NCBI GenBank assembly: GCA_040357565.1
Contig: JBDODJ010000039.1
Direction: 5' to 3' (one strand)
Length of the DNA: 64,000 bases
Source: Cercozoa sp. M6MM
Lineage: Eukaryota; Protista; Endomyxa: Ascetosporea
Under the pieces are notes generated by a model. That model saw nothing but the letters and a program-made list of their open reading frames with translations, made no database searches and was not told where the DNA came from. How positions within the stretch are numbered: position 1 is the stretch's first letter; the number at the start of each line of letters is the position of its first letter. Both the position numbers and the translations under genes were made by a program. Below are positions 39,801 to 53,300 of the stretch, in pieces.

Positions 39801-42800
39801 TCCAACTCGACCGAGGAACTCGCTGTGATGTGGCAGCATGTCACCATTCAGGGTACCGTGTTGGGAATAAATTCTACACTGGGCATGTCAACACAACGAA
39901 TGTTCGTTCAATGTATCTAATTTAGGAAAGAGGCACAGCACCTTTGTCAGAGTTGTGGCTGTTCCCGTGGGTGCGACACTCTCGGTTGAAAGCTGCAACG
40001 TCCAGGTCGACACCGAATTCGACTCTTTGAATGCGCTGTTCGCTTCTTTGATGGTAAACTTACATCTGTTCCCAAGTAGTGACTAGATACCGTGTCTCCA
40101 TGGTCAGGTGTCGGCGTCTCGAGACGCTATGAGGCAAATGAAAGGATGTAAGAGACTGTTAGAAATAAAATTCTCCACCCATGCTGTTTTCAGTGACATG
40201 TATCGGTTGTTGTTTAGTTGAGATCGGACTCAACGAGAAGGTGGTACTGAAACTTAGCCAATATACTGTAGACCCTGAATTAGTTTTGACTACAGATGGC
40301 GCAGTTTGTTCCTTCGCGGTGCTCATCTCCGAGCAGCTCAAGTGACTCGGAAGTAGATGAAACGATGGAGCACACGAGGCTTTTGCGCGGGATGTATGAC
40401 GATCGTGAAGGCGAAGGTTCCGAATCCAGTTTAGATTTTTGATGACCCGACCGAGCTTTGTTTGGGCAGAAAAAGTGCAGGTGAGGTCAGCAGAATCGCC
40501 AAGCGAACTGATGAGTCAGAGTGCACTCGAAACTTCAACAGTTGCCTCGCATGTTATTCAGCAGAGCAAAGCTGACGACAGAGCGACCTCGGTCGGGTCG
40601 TCTGCTTCGCGTTGGTCGATCTCGAACTTCCGTGCCAAGGTCACGCAGCCCGACAATCGCATCGCCAAGTTCGAAAAGGGCTTTGCACTTATGGTACGTA
40701 AATTTGCAGTTTCGCTGAAAACTGATGACGGCGCTGAACAAAACTTGTGTTGGTAGATTCTCACTGTGGTGGCCACCTTTGTAACGATCACGTTCGTGAT
40801 GCGTGCGGCCGCACTCTCCGACATGCAATACGTCGAACTTGTGAACTACACTGGCTTTTCACGCAAGGGAATGGTCACCAGTTCACTCGTTGCGCTGCTT
40901 CGAACGGTATTTAGCGCACGCTTGCCTGACGCAAAAGCCTCAGCGAACAACTCGACTTTGTTGTTATACGTGGCCTCGACAAGAGAGTGGTGGCCGGACA
41001 AGAATCGGGCTCGTCTACCCTGCACACGCTCCGCAATGACATAGTAAACAAGATGTCGGGCAGTACGCTCGATATCCCCGGCTTCACGGAGCCGACGTCT
41101 TTGACGCGCGTTCTGCGTGTTGCAAATCTTTCAAACCCCAGTGTCGACAGCTTCATGACCACGCAGTTGACTGGTTCATTTTTGGACATGTTGGAGACCC
41201 TCTCGTCGCTGGACAGCTTCCTGGCAGACATGAGTCTGGAAGAACATACTGTAATCTAAACTTTAGTCTACAAAAGCTAGACATCGTATGGATATGACTG
41301 CCGATGCAGATGATTCATTCGGACGTGGCGACAGTGCTGTTGAACGCACACACCTACTGTCTCGATCGAGCGAACACAACAACGTTCCAAACGCAAGCCG
41401 AAGTGATTCGCGGAACGAACGCTTCTCAGTACGTCCTGATGACAACGGTAAACTCTGTCAACAGAACTGAAGATTTCATGCTTTTCTTAGTTCATTTTAT
41501 TTGACTCTGGGATTGTGAGAGCAGCTGCTGTCCACATCTGCGGTATTCATTTTCGTCGGCATCTTCTTTGCTCGACCTCTTGCACTGCGGATTGACCGTT
41601 CGCTGCGCCTGGTGATCGACGCATTCGAGACACTTCCCTCCTCAATGCTAGACCGTCTGGCTGCTATAGCACAGGAACGACTGGACGAACTCGTATAATT
41701 CAGTTTCTCCACATAGCCTAAAGCTTCCTTGAGTGTGAAGTTATCGTTGCCCCTGCACTTTCTTCGACGCCTGTGTTCATAGGGAGGACGAGCAGAATCT
41801 GAGGTAGACGAAGCAATAACAGTGTTCGACAGTGAAGACGTTCCGGTGGTCAAGAAATCAAAAGCAAACGTCCAAAAACGTGCCGTTTGCAGCCAGGTAA
41901 GTTTAATTCGACTTTGTTCATTTCTCTGCAGAAAGCGGAAATTACCACCATTCGTAGTTGCTCCTGGTGCTTCGAATCAATGCGATCCTACTGCTTACGG
42001 TAACATACGCCATCACGAACTTTGTGCTGCTTGTTCCGGCTTTTCGTCACATCTCGACTCTCCAAGGTTTGTTTCTCCACTCAGGGGCAGTTTTTAGTTT
42101 TGTTTTCAAATAATGAAATACTGCGCAGTGCGCGCGAACTGGTCGGGATACCAGCGACAACAGTCGCGACGTGCAGTGTTGTACTCGTCAATGCTGGCGT
42201 TTCAGCCAACAGAAAACCTGGTGCAGTGGCTACCGACACTGAAGACCAATACGACGGTCTCCATGAACGTATGGCAGGAGTTGAGTGATGTGCACAACGC
42301 TCTGTGGCAAGGCGACAAAGCAAAGAAGCTCAAGCCTCTCAATATTGGCACGGATTCCGAGGTGCTGTCTCTGCTTCACGAGGACGCATGCGGCGATTTT
42401 CTGCCGGAGTGCCACCCGTGGCTCAAGAAAGGCCTCGTGCACGCCATCGCAAACTTCGTCGGTGCGGGCATGCGCTTCGTCTCCAAGACTGACAGCTTGC
42501 TGGCCCAAACCGACCTCACCAACCAAACTGCCGTTAACGCTGCCATCGACAGTCTTCTCGTGTATTACCTTTCCTTTAAATGCGCACTTCAAGATTGCGG
42601 ATTGTTATCTTCGGCTGTCCCACCACAGGGGTGCTGAGTTCATGCAATTGCTCGAGTTTGACGTTACGTACCTGCAGTAAGTTTAAGTTCTACCATATGT
42701 GAACGGAATGTGCTCAGACCCTCGTTTTCGTACCTAATCAAGCATGATCGGGATGACGGGCTTCGTCGCATTTACTTTATCTTCGATGTCCAGCTGACTG

Positions 42801-43131
42801 CCCTGGTGGTATTGTGCCTTTAGTGCAATATGCTCGATCCGATCGTTTGCAATCGTTTGTTCAGCTTTTAAATGTCTATGTGACACAGATCGTGTGGATT
42901 TGCTTGACGGTGCTCTTCTTTGTGTTCATTCACAAACCTCTCATGACCGAACTGCACGATCGAGTTTCGCGTGCGCGCGAGATGCTCCTGCTTGTGCCAG
43001 CAGAAGACATTCAAAATGTACAGCATCTCCGACTATTCAGTCAATTACCAGTTCATCCTCGATTAGTAACATTTAATGGCATTGCGTAGGTCAAGCAGCT
43101 TCGTCGCCTCCTGCGCAGTAGTATCTTGTAA
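36876..43131 (+). CDS. Large TmcB/TmcC (tiny macrocysts)-like membrane protein with TPR-like and degenerate PAS-like regions (5' truncated)
   Basis: LIETLQLAGF; ARLHSKCE..ARTVL; HMPYH..SNRF; KFPDDPEFCLYRAEF...LSFDARFRIFR; FWNHL; C-terminal ELHDRVSRAREMLLLVPAEDIQNVKQLRRLL*. Confidence 0.7.
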
Positions 43132-43850
43132 AGGCTCGGCTGGCGTGGAAACTAACTCAACAGAACCCGACTCATACAGTAAAAGCCTACTGCCTAAACC
43201 CAAGAGTTCTCCGTCAGACACCATTGTCGCATCGAGAACTGAATTGACCTGATTCTCGAATTTACATTTAACGAACTCATACCGTCGAGGCGTGGGAACG
43301 ATAAATTTCGGGTAAGTTTCCCGGGAACGTCGCACAGGCAGGCGAGGTGCACGAGGCACCCGACACATGCGGCAGACTGGAACGCGGAGGTGGCACAAAC
43401 TCCACCATTGCGTGGTGCACAAGAAGCAGTTTAAATATCTCGGGATGTTTAATATGCAACGAGACAAAAAAAAAACAGAAGCAAAAGAACAGTGCTCTCG
43501 TTGACACAGAGACAGCAGATCGCACGTTCAAATTGTATTTCTGCAGGTAATAGCTCTAATATGCACTGGCAGGAGCCACTGAATGAAGTGAATCAGCATC
43601 CCATGCTCTGTAGAGCACTATTAGCGAGTGCACTACATGTGCAATAGGTATTCAAGTCACTTCTAGTAGTCTAAATTAGCACAAAGGCCGTGTGAGCGGA
43701 GAAAAGGCCAGCCAAGCCACAAAGGAGAAACGCCTCCGATCGAAAGGAGGGGGCGTGTGCTCGTCGCGTGCAAAGTAAAAAGCGCAAAGCACACACACAC
43801 ATCTTTTTGTTGTTTGTTTCGAACACGACGCTACACCACCGCACACTACA

Positions 43851-45351
<1,501 letters not shown>

Positions 45352-45599
45352 CTCGCGACTCACGGGCGACTCAACGCACCATTCGATTGTGGCCCCGGAC
45401 AACGCCAGCGAGTCTCTTGCAGCCCAGTCGGTCGGGTCGGGTCCGCGCCGTCACTGCCCACCGACTCAGGCGCTCATTGACTCCCGTCTGCCTCACTCAG
45501 TTTTTCGATTGATTTGTACAGTGCGCATGCTCACGCTCAACGTTGCATGTGCAGTTTAATTAAATTTAGATTTGCTCTTCTCAGTAATTCCGTCGTGGT

Positions 45600-46122
45600 A
45601 GCACATCCCCGAAACTAAAGTTTCTTGAAATACACACTGTTCAGTCGACTAAGAAACCAACTATGTAGTTTCCACAATAAGCTGTTTGACAAACGTCCCG
45701 AGATTGCGATATCTGGCGTTTTTAACGGCTGTCGTTTGACAATGCACGACAGGACTAGGTCAGGCAACATTGGTATCTTGTACGGTCAATGTCAACAGAC
45801 TGTCTACTGGTAGGTACCGTAGCGATACCAAGAACAGAAGATGTCTGGGGAAGTAGTAGTAACTTAGTTAAGTCTTCTAGGAAACCAACTATGTAGTTCC
45901 CCTGCACCAGTCTGGGGTGGGTCACAAGAGCATGGCCGTGTCCACCGCCCGCTTAGGGTAGGACCATACAACTTCCCTTTTGACGTTCCCCAGACCCGAA
46001 GTCGACTTCATGGTTGGTGCAGGTAGCGGGATGTCTGGGGAACTTCAAAAGCTTCAGGGAGTTGCGTTGGACAACCTAGCCGGTACCCTAGCTAAGTGGG
46101 TGGTAGACAACTAGCTAACTAA
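45600..46122. mobile_element. Cluster of dispersed-repeat fragments (LINE-tail-like), in both orientations
   Basis: gaaaccaactatgtagtt occurs twice (45653, 45881); best family copy at 45855-46020 (minus strand); internal inverted repeat. Confidence 0.6.
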
Positions 46123-48356
46123 CTACTGGTAGCGCTTGCGCAGCGTCTGCATGTGCGCGCTCTCCTGACGCGGACGGCGGCGCTCGTCGCCACGGTCGCG
46201 ACTGCGCTCGCGCTTCTGGCGGCGGCTCTTGCCCCACTCGGCCTCGACAGCCACTGCACAGGCACACAGACACACAAGCACGTATGAGGCTACCCAAGTG
46301 CCTCTAGACTACAGATGTACACAAAGGTACCATCCTTGAGGGCGACAACCTTCTCGTCGCGACGTCGTACGCCCGAGTCACTGTGCATGGACTGCACACA
46401 ACACGCATACACAGGTACACATATACATAGCTAGTAAAGCTACCCGACGCGCATGCGAGACCTTGTCACGCAAGGCCAGCGATGTGATCGAATTGATTCG
46501 CGCCGTTTCGCGCGCTGCCACGGCTTCACTTCGCTCCTGCGAGCATCAACTCAACTCAACTCAACTCAACTCAAAGCAAAGCAAAGCAACTGAACTCAAA
46601 GCAAAGCAAAGCAAAGCAACTCAACTCAACCCAAAGCAACTCATCTCAACTCAAATCACAAAGCAACACAACTCGTACCTCACGAAGGATTTGCGCAGCG
46701 AAATCGACGTTGCTCGTTTGTCTGCACAACGGGAAATCTCAAAGTACACTCGAAACAAGTCAAAGCGACAACGCGACAAAGCGACAAAGCGACAGAGAGA
46801 GAGAGAGCGACAAAGCAAGAACAGAGAAAGCGCACCCTCCATCGAGACGCAGCTGCGCCAGAGTGACAACGTCCGAGAAGGACGGCTCGTGATTGTCGTC
46901 AAAGAAGGTGACAGCAATGTTGCCATTGTCAAGGATCTTGTCCACACGCGCCGGTCGCACCGCAGCCTCGCGGTCGCGTGCCACGGCCGGGTACTCCACC
47001 TGCAGCTCCTTGCCGATTCGCACCTTTCGTCGCAGCAGATCGCGTTCGCGCATGCGCTCGCACTGCCGACGGTCGTAATCGATTTTCTGCACACCGCCCA
47101 AACATATTTGTTTCGCTCCACTCGAAATTCAAAGCTTTGCTTTGCTCCACTCGCAATCAAAAGCTTTGCCACTCGAAACTAAAGCTTTGCCACTCGAAGT
47201 AAAACGTGAGATACCAGTAAACGTCGCTTGAGCTCGCGCTGAATCGGCACCGGAATGCGCGGCAGCTGCGCCTCGAGCCAGCGCGCTTCCGTGAGCAGTC
47301 GACGCGCGATCTGCCCGATCGACCACTTGGGCCTCGTTCTGACAAAAAGGCTTTCCTATCGGAGAGAGAAAGAGAGGGGGGGGGGGGGGCCGAGAGAGAG
47401 AGAAGCATACAGTGACTCCTCCTCGCCAATGCCCATGAGCGGCTGCACCTGCACAAGCTCGGGATCGTCCCACTCGGCGTAAATGCCGATCCAGTCCCAA
47501 AGCTCACTAGCCGGCAGCGCCATCCGCGCGTACAGCATGCCCATCACTCGCAGGAAACCGTTCTGCTCGCTGTCCACGAGCGACAGCAGCTGCCGACGCG
47601 TCAGTCGCAGTGTCATCAGTTTGTACCTGCCAAGCAGCAACTCAACTCAACTCAACTCAACTCAACTCAACTCAACTTAACTCAACTCAAAGCAAAGCAA
47701 CTCAACTCAAAGCAAAGCAAAGCAACTCAACTCAACTCAATTCAACTCAACTCAACTCAAACTCAACTCAACTCAAAGCAACTCAACTCAACTCAACTCA
47801 ACTCAACTCAACTCAAATCAGAAAAACTAAAGTGAACGTACAGCAGACAGAATGCAGTGCTCGGGTTGCTCTCACTGTTCGGCACGAACGGCGTGACGTA
47901 CGTGACTTCGTTGAGAATCTCGTTGATCACCTGACCAGTAAAACCCAAAATAAAGTCAATCAAAAAACAAAACGTGTTTGTGTGGGTGTGTGCGCGTGTG
48001 CCTCAGTGTGCCTCGTGAAGATATACTCACTCAACGCGAGTGTTTAACGGGTAGAGTATACACTGTGGCACATAAACACACAAGTGCGGATGTTCTGGGG
48101 GGGGGGTGTGCACGCGTGTGGAGGCAAAACGAGACAGAAAACGAGACAAAAAACGTACATCATTGAACGTGGTCATATTCACGCACTGCGATGTGTAGTA
48201 GTAGTTCTCGTAGATCTGACGTGCCATCAGATTCGAGAAACCGTACTGCGGCGCCGACACCGCCCTACACGCAAAAAGATAATGCCAACATTTGAAAATA
48301 CCAAAACGAAAAAAAGAAACACACAGCGGAAGCGCCTTGTTTTTGCTGGACGACAT
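46123..48356 (-). CDS. PRPF38B: Pre-mRNA splicing factor PRP38B-like
   Basis: GFSNLMARQIYENYYY...INEILNEVTYVTP...STAFCLLYKLMTLRLTRRQL...FLRVMGMLYAR...ELWDW...TRLPRIPVPIQR; R/E-rich tail. Confidence 0.88.
46547..46673. repeat. (CAACT)n/(AAAGC)n compound microsatellite in an intron
   Basis: Seen directly. Confidence 0.9.
47636..47820. repeat. (CAACT)n/(AAAGC)n compound microsatellite in an intron
   Basis: Seen directly; same units as 46547-46673. Confidence 0.9.
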
Positions 48357-48560
48357 AAGAAGGAGGCTAGAGCAATGCCCAACAAATACACCGCCACGTC
48401 AAGCCACTCTTGTACAGTACAAGGGTCTTCTGAAGGAGACAGTTTTATCGGCTCTATCGCCTCACTTTGAGCCGGAAACTAAAAGCTACCAGTAGTTCCT
48501 CATTAGCAGTCGCTGGTGTGTGTGAGTACACTGCAATTGACGGAGCACACTAGAACAAAT

Positions 48561-49526
48561 ATGAACAACGACATAGATCAGCACAGAATTCCGGGTTTGG
48601 TGGTGGAGCGTCCCTTCATCTACGGCAACGTGTCGCACCACCTCGACGTCACGCGCCAGCAGACACACAAGGACAAAACGCCGTTCCGCCACAAGTAGTC
48701 TCTCTTTTTTTTCGAAGTATGCTGCTGCTCTGGCATGCGTGGACCGCTTTGACTGGCAGGTGGACCGCCTACGTGCGTGGCACGGAAGGCGAGGATCTCG
48801 GCTACTTTATCGAGAAGGTCGTGTTCCACCTGCACAGCACGTTCCCAAATCCAGTGCGTGTGCTCACTGAGGCTCCATTTGAGGTGACCGAAAAGGGCTA
48901 CGGCGAGGTGGGTCTTGCCTTTCCTTCTTGGTCTCTTTAATTTCTTTACGCCTTGTGTGTGCTAGTTCCGAGTGAAGATTGTCGTGTACTTTCGCTGCAA
49001 GGAGGAGAAGCCGGTGACGCTGCACCACATGCTGCGACTCAACTCGCCGGACGAAGCTTCCCAAAAGGCGAAACTGCCCGTTCGTTGCGATCGCTATGAC
49101 GAGTTCGTCTTCGTGTCGCCGACCTTGTCGCTGTACAAGAGGTAGCCTCTGACCCTTTGCCTGCTCACCAAGCAAGGATGGCCTTGTGTAGGTTACTACT
49201 TGGACCGGTGAAGTTGCACCGAAACAACGAAGATCGAAAACCGCCTGTTGATGCAGCCAATGTCGACGACGACTTTGGATGTAACGCTTCTCTTTCGTGT
49301 GTATTTTCGTGCTGTATATTGTGAAAGCACTGCAGACCCGGCCTCGATTCGCGAACACGCGCGACAGGAGCAGAAGGAACTGCAGCAGATCCTTGAGGCA
49401 CACCGGATAGTCCACCGATCGCTCGTGTTTTTTGCGCGGCGCTACGGCTGGCTCGTGGACACACACGACCGCGTTCTCAAGAAAGCTGTCGAAAAGGGCA
49501 TCGTGAGCGACAAGCGCTCCAAATAA
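48561..49526 (+). CDS. YEATS4: YEATS-domain protein (YEATS4/GAS41/Yaf9-like)
   Basis: RPFIYGN...HKWTAYVRG...IEKVVFHLHSTFPNPVRVLTEAPFEVTEKGYGEF...LHHMLRL...YDEFVF. Confidence 0.9.
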
Positions 49527-50384
49527 CGTAATTGCCCCTCCCCTGCCACGTGCTCTTTGATTGATTTATAGCATCAATGGTATCGATATATAGGGTCCAT
49601 CAATCCCCTCTTCCCTATCAATCAGTTCGAGTCGGCATAATTTTGAGATAAACGTATTTAAACGGTCCCAAACGGCCCGATGACAACAAGTGCGCAAACT
49701 TAGATGTCCCGTGCTCAGGAACGAGTCAGAACTATGCGTGGAGTATGTAGGGATGCGAGCGGTTGACAGGAACGACTTGCGCGGGCCGTGGGTAGGGTTT
49801 TTGCATTTTTTCGTATTCTGCGTTCCTTGCGCTTTTTGCATATTTTTCGGGAGATCCGCGCGTTTCGAAGAATTCAGAAACCATCAATTCTACCGTGTTT
49901 TTGTTTGCATTTTGGGCGTTAAGTGACCTTTGCACGCAACAAACTCCACAAACGAGCAGTGTAGAGGTACATATGCAACTTTTCTTTTCGTCGGGTTTGG
50001 TTCCTTCCCCCTTTGCAAATTGGACCTTTTTGGTTTCTTCCTGCGGTTTTTGCGGTAAAAAACGTGCGGAGTCTTTTGTGTGCGTACTGGTGCTACACTT
50101 TTGCAATGCGTATCGCTATAAGCTGGCCCTTCAGTGTTTTTTCGTATTTTTTGAGCAAGAGAGCGGAAACCTTGGTTTAGGGTTTCCTGTTGCCCAAGGT
50201 TCTAACGTATCCTTGTTGCTGTATAGCAAGAGCTTGTTGCTGGTGAATTGACCGCGGCTTCCATTTGGGACTTTTTTGGTGACGAGTCGACTTGTGGAGC
50301 GCGGAGCAATTGCCGCGATTGTAGAATAGGAAGGAAGAATAGGAAGGAAGAAACTCAGGTCTCGCGCTTCTTGACTCGTGCACG

Positions 50385-53300
50385 ATGCTGTCGGCTGCGT
50401 TAGCCCTGCTCACGCTGGGCTCGCTGTCAACAGCGACGGCACAGTCGTGTCCGTCTGCAGTGCAGTCGATCAATGTGCACTTTCAGCACAATACGACCGT
50501 GCCGTTCGCTCCGCCTGCGAGTAACTCGAGCGACTACGGTGATCCCAACTGGGCTGTCATGATTGAATGGACTCCACCGGTACAAACTCCCTCTATCTCG
50601 CTCTCTCTTACGGCGTTTAAAAATGTTTTTCTCATTCCGCGAGTATTTTCCCGCCGGAAAAAACCATTTTTTTTTTGCAGGCCAGCGATGGCGGTGCAGC
50701 GCTGACTCACTACATTGGCGAAGTCAGCGTGAACGGCGGTCCTTGGGACCGTGGTGGTACTTTTTCTTCTTTCTGTGTTTGTATTTTTGGGATGTAATTT
50801 GGGAGAAACGCTTTGAACAGAATATAATTTGAAACTTGTGCAGACCCGCTTGCAGCGAATGAAACGAGTGCTCTGTTCGAGAATGGAAAGCCGGGCGACT
50901 CGCTTGTGTTCCGCCTGGGCGCCATGAACAGCGACAACGAAACGGTGTGCCCAACGTGGACCAACTCGTCGGTCTTCCGGCTGGAGCGAGCGGCCTTCCC
51001 GCCGCGCGAGGTGTTTGCGCACGCGCATGACCGTCACGTGGTCGAAGTGGCCTGGTCTGACCCGGCGGACAGTGGTCTGCCCACGCTGATGTTTGAGGTG
51101 ATGGCCAAGTCGGAGAACGCGAGCACCTGGAGCATTGTGCACACGGAAATTGTGAGCGGCAACGCTTCCTCGAACACGTCGAACTTCCACGCCGTCAATC
51201 TGACTGACGTGCTGCTGATCGGCAAGAGTTACCTCATCGGTGTGCGTGCTGTCAACTCGCTCGGTGCCTCCGAGGTGCACGAGGCCGACGGCATGGTCAA
51301 TACGGCTGATGAGGTACTAAACCACTAGTCTACTTTCCTACTTTCCTACTTGCCTCTGAGTCTACCTCTGGACCCTTTCTTTAGCCCGACGCTCCCAGCG
51401 ACATTGAAGCCTCACTGGTGAACACAACGCACGTGCGTGTGCAATGGAAGAAACCGGCCGACTTTGGCGGTGCCGCTTTGCTCAAGTACGAGGTGCGTGC
51501 CTTTGCGGGTGAGCACAATAATGGCACACTGCCTCCGGCGCCTATTGTGCTTGAGGGTACCTCTGTCTCTCAGCTTCGTACTTCCATACCATTTATTATT
51601 CCCCTACATTTCACCTATGTTTCACCTATGTTTCACCTGTGATAACGCCCTTACTTTCCCTTGTACTTAGGCATCGACAACTCGACGGAGTCGTTGGACT
51701 ACACATGGCCCATCGCCTTGTTCCAACTAGGCAACCTGACGCACATGACTGGTGTCGTGTTCGCCGTCTACGCCGTCACCGAGGCCGGCGTCGGCGACTT
51801 CGGCTTCAGCGACGTGCTGATCCTGTTCCCGGACGGTCAGGGCGGCTTTGTCGAGATCGATGAACCCGAGATCGGCGAGTGTGGCAACGTTCCCGAGGTA
51901 CCTTTTAGTCCTCCTGCGTTTCCCTCTTGGCCTGTGTTACCTGTACCCTGTGTTACCTGTACGTGTTACCTGTACCCTCTCGTAGGCTCCCTTCTGGGCC
52001 GAGGTGACGCACGACCGAGTGAAGCAGCGCCTGCAGTCGTGCAACAGTGCGGCATGCGAGGACGAGGAGTTCTTTGGCGCCACGAACGGCAGCTTCCACT
52101 GCGACTGCTCGCGCGGTCTGGGACAACTCGAGGTCACGGCCGGCGACTTCAACGCGTCGCTGCAGTGTCTCTTTGTCAACGCCACCGGCGAGGGCAACAG
52201 CACCGCTCAGTTTGAGCTGCTCGATGTCCTCCTGGCCGGTCCTGACTGCACGGGCTCTGTGCAGGTACCTTACTATCTCTTTCTTACCCTACCCTTCCTG
52301 CCCTATCTTTCCTATCCTATCTGTACCCTTGCTCCCCAGACTGCATTCGCATCGAACGTTTCGAGCGAGGTGACCGAGTTCCTGGACTCGATGCCGAACT
52401 ACGCGGCCGCCGAGGTGACGGTCGGAGCCTGCAGTGGCCACGTGGCGGACGACAACTACGGCTACGCCGGTCACTGGCACCTCAGTGGCTGCGACATGCA
52501 GCACGGCTGTCAGTTCGAGTGTCGTGTCAACGGACAGGCCGCCAACGACACCGAGTGTTTGAGCGAGCTGCGCCCGCCGGCCTTTAACAACACGGACGGC
52601 GGCGACAACAACGGCACCGACAACGGCACCGACCCCGGTGATGGAGGCGACGACCACTTCCCGGATGTCAACTTTGCTCGTTGTGGCACTGTGCCGGACG
52701 AGGGCGACGAGGAGGAGCTGCCTCAGTGGCTCGACTGGATGCACGATCAGTTCGAGCATGCGCGCCAGCAGTGCAACTCGCCTTCGTGTGATGAGGGCCG
52801 TTTCTTCAACGATACCCTAAGCGCTCACGACTGGTACTGTCTATTACCCCTCTCCCTTTATTCCCCCATGTTTAGCCCCCCCCCCCCCGTGTGCCCCTGT
52901 TTTACCCCCTGTTTATCTCCAGGGTTACCCATGTTTACCTCCCCCCTAATACAGCGCCTGCGTCGAAGGTCTCGAGCAGCTGCTGGCTGGTGCGATTGAC
53001 GCCGGTTTCGACGGTCGCTGCTCGGTCGTGGAAGGTTCGACCGAACAAGGCGGTTCGGTCAACTTCGTCGAGCCGCATCTCGTTGGCACCGACTGCCAAG
53101 GCAGCGCTGAGGTTTGCCCCCCCCCGCCTTACCCTTCTTACTGCCATTGTACCCTCCTGTGGTGCCCCTGGATAGGTGGCCTTCATGACGAACTACACGG
53201 GCGAGATGAGCAAGTTGTTCGACTTCTTTGACACGTGGGACCTCGACTTGATCGACATCAACGACTGCTCGGATCTGCTGGCACAGGACACCAATGGCGG

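Noticed and set aside
43063-43467. Separate minus-strand gene downstream of the TmcB-like gene
   Set aside because: Overlaps the TmcB last exon, would need an unusually short intron, and has no recognisable homology.
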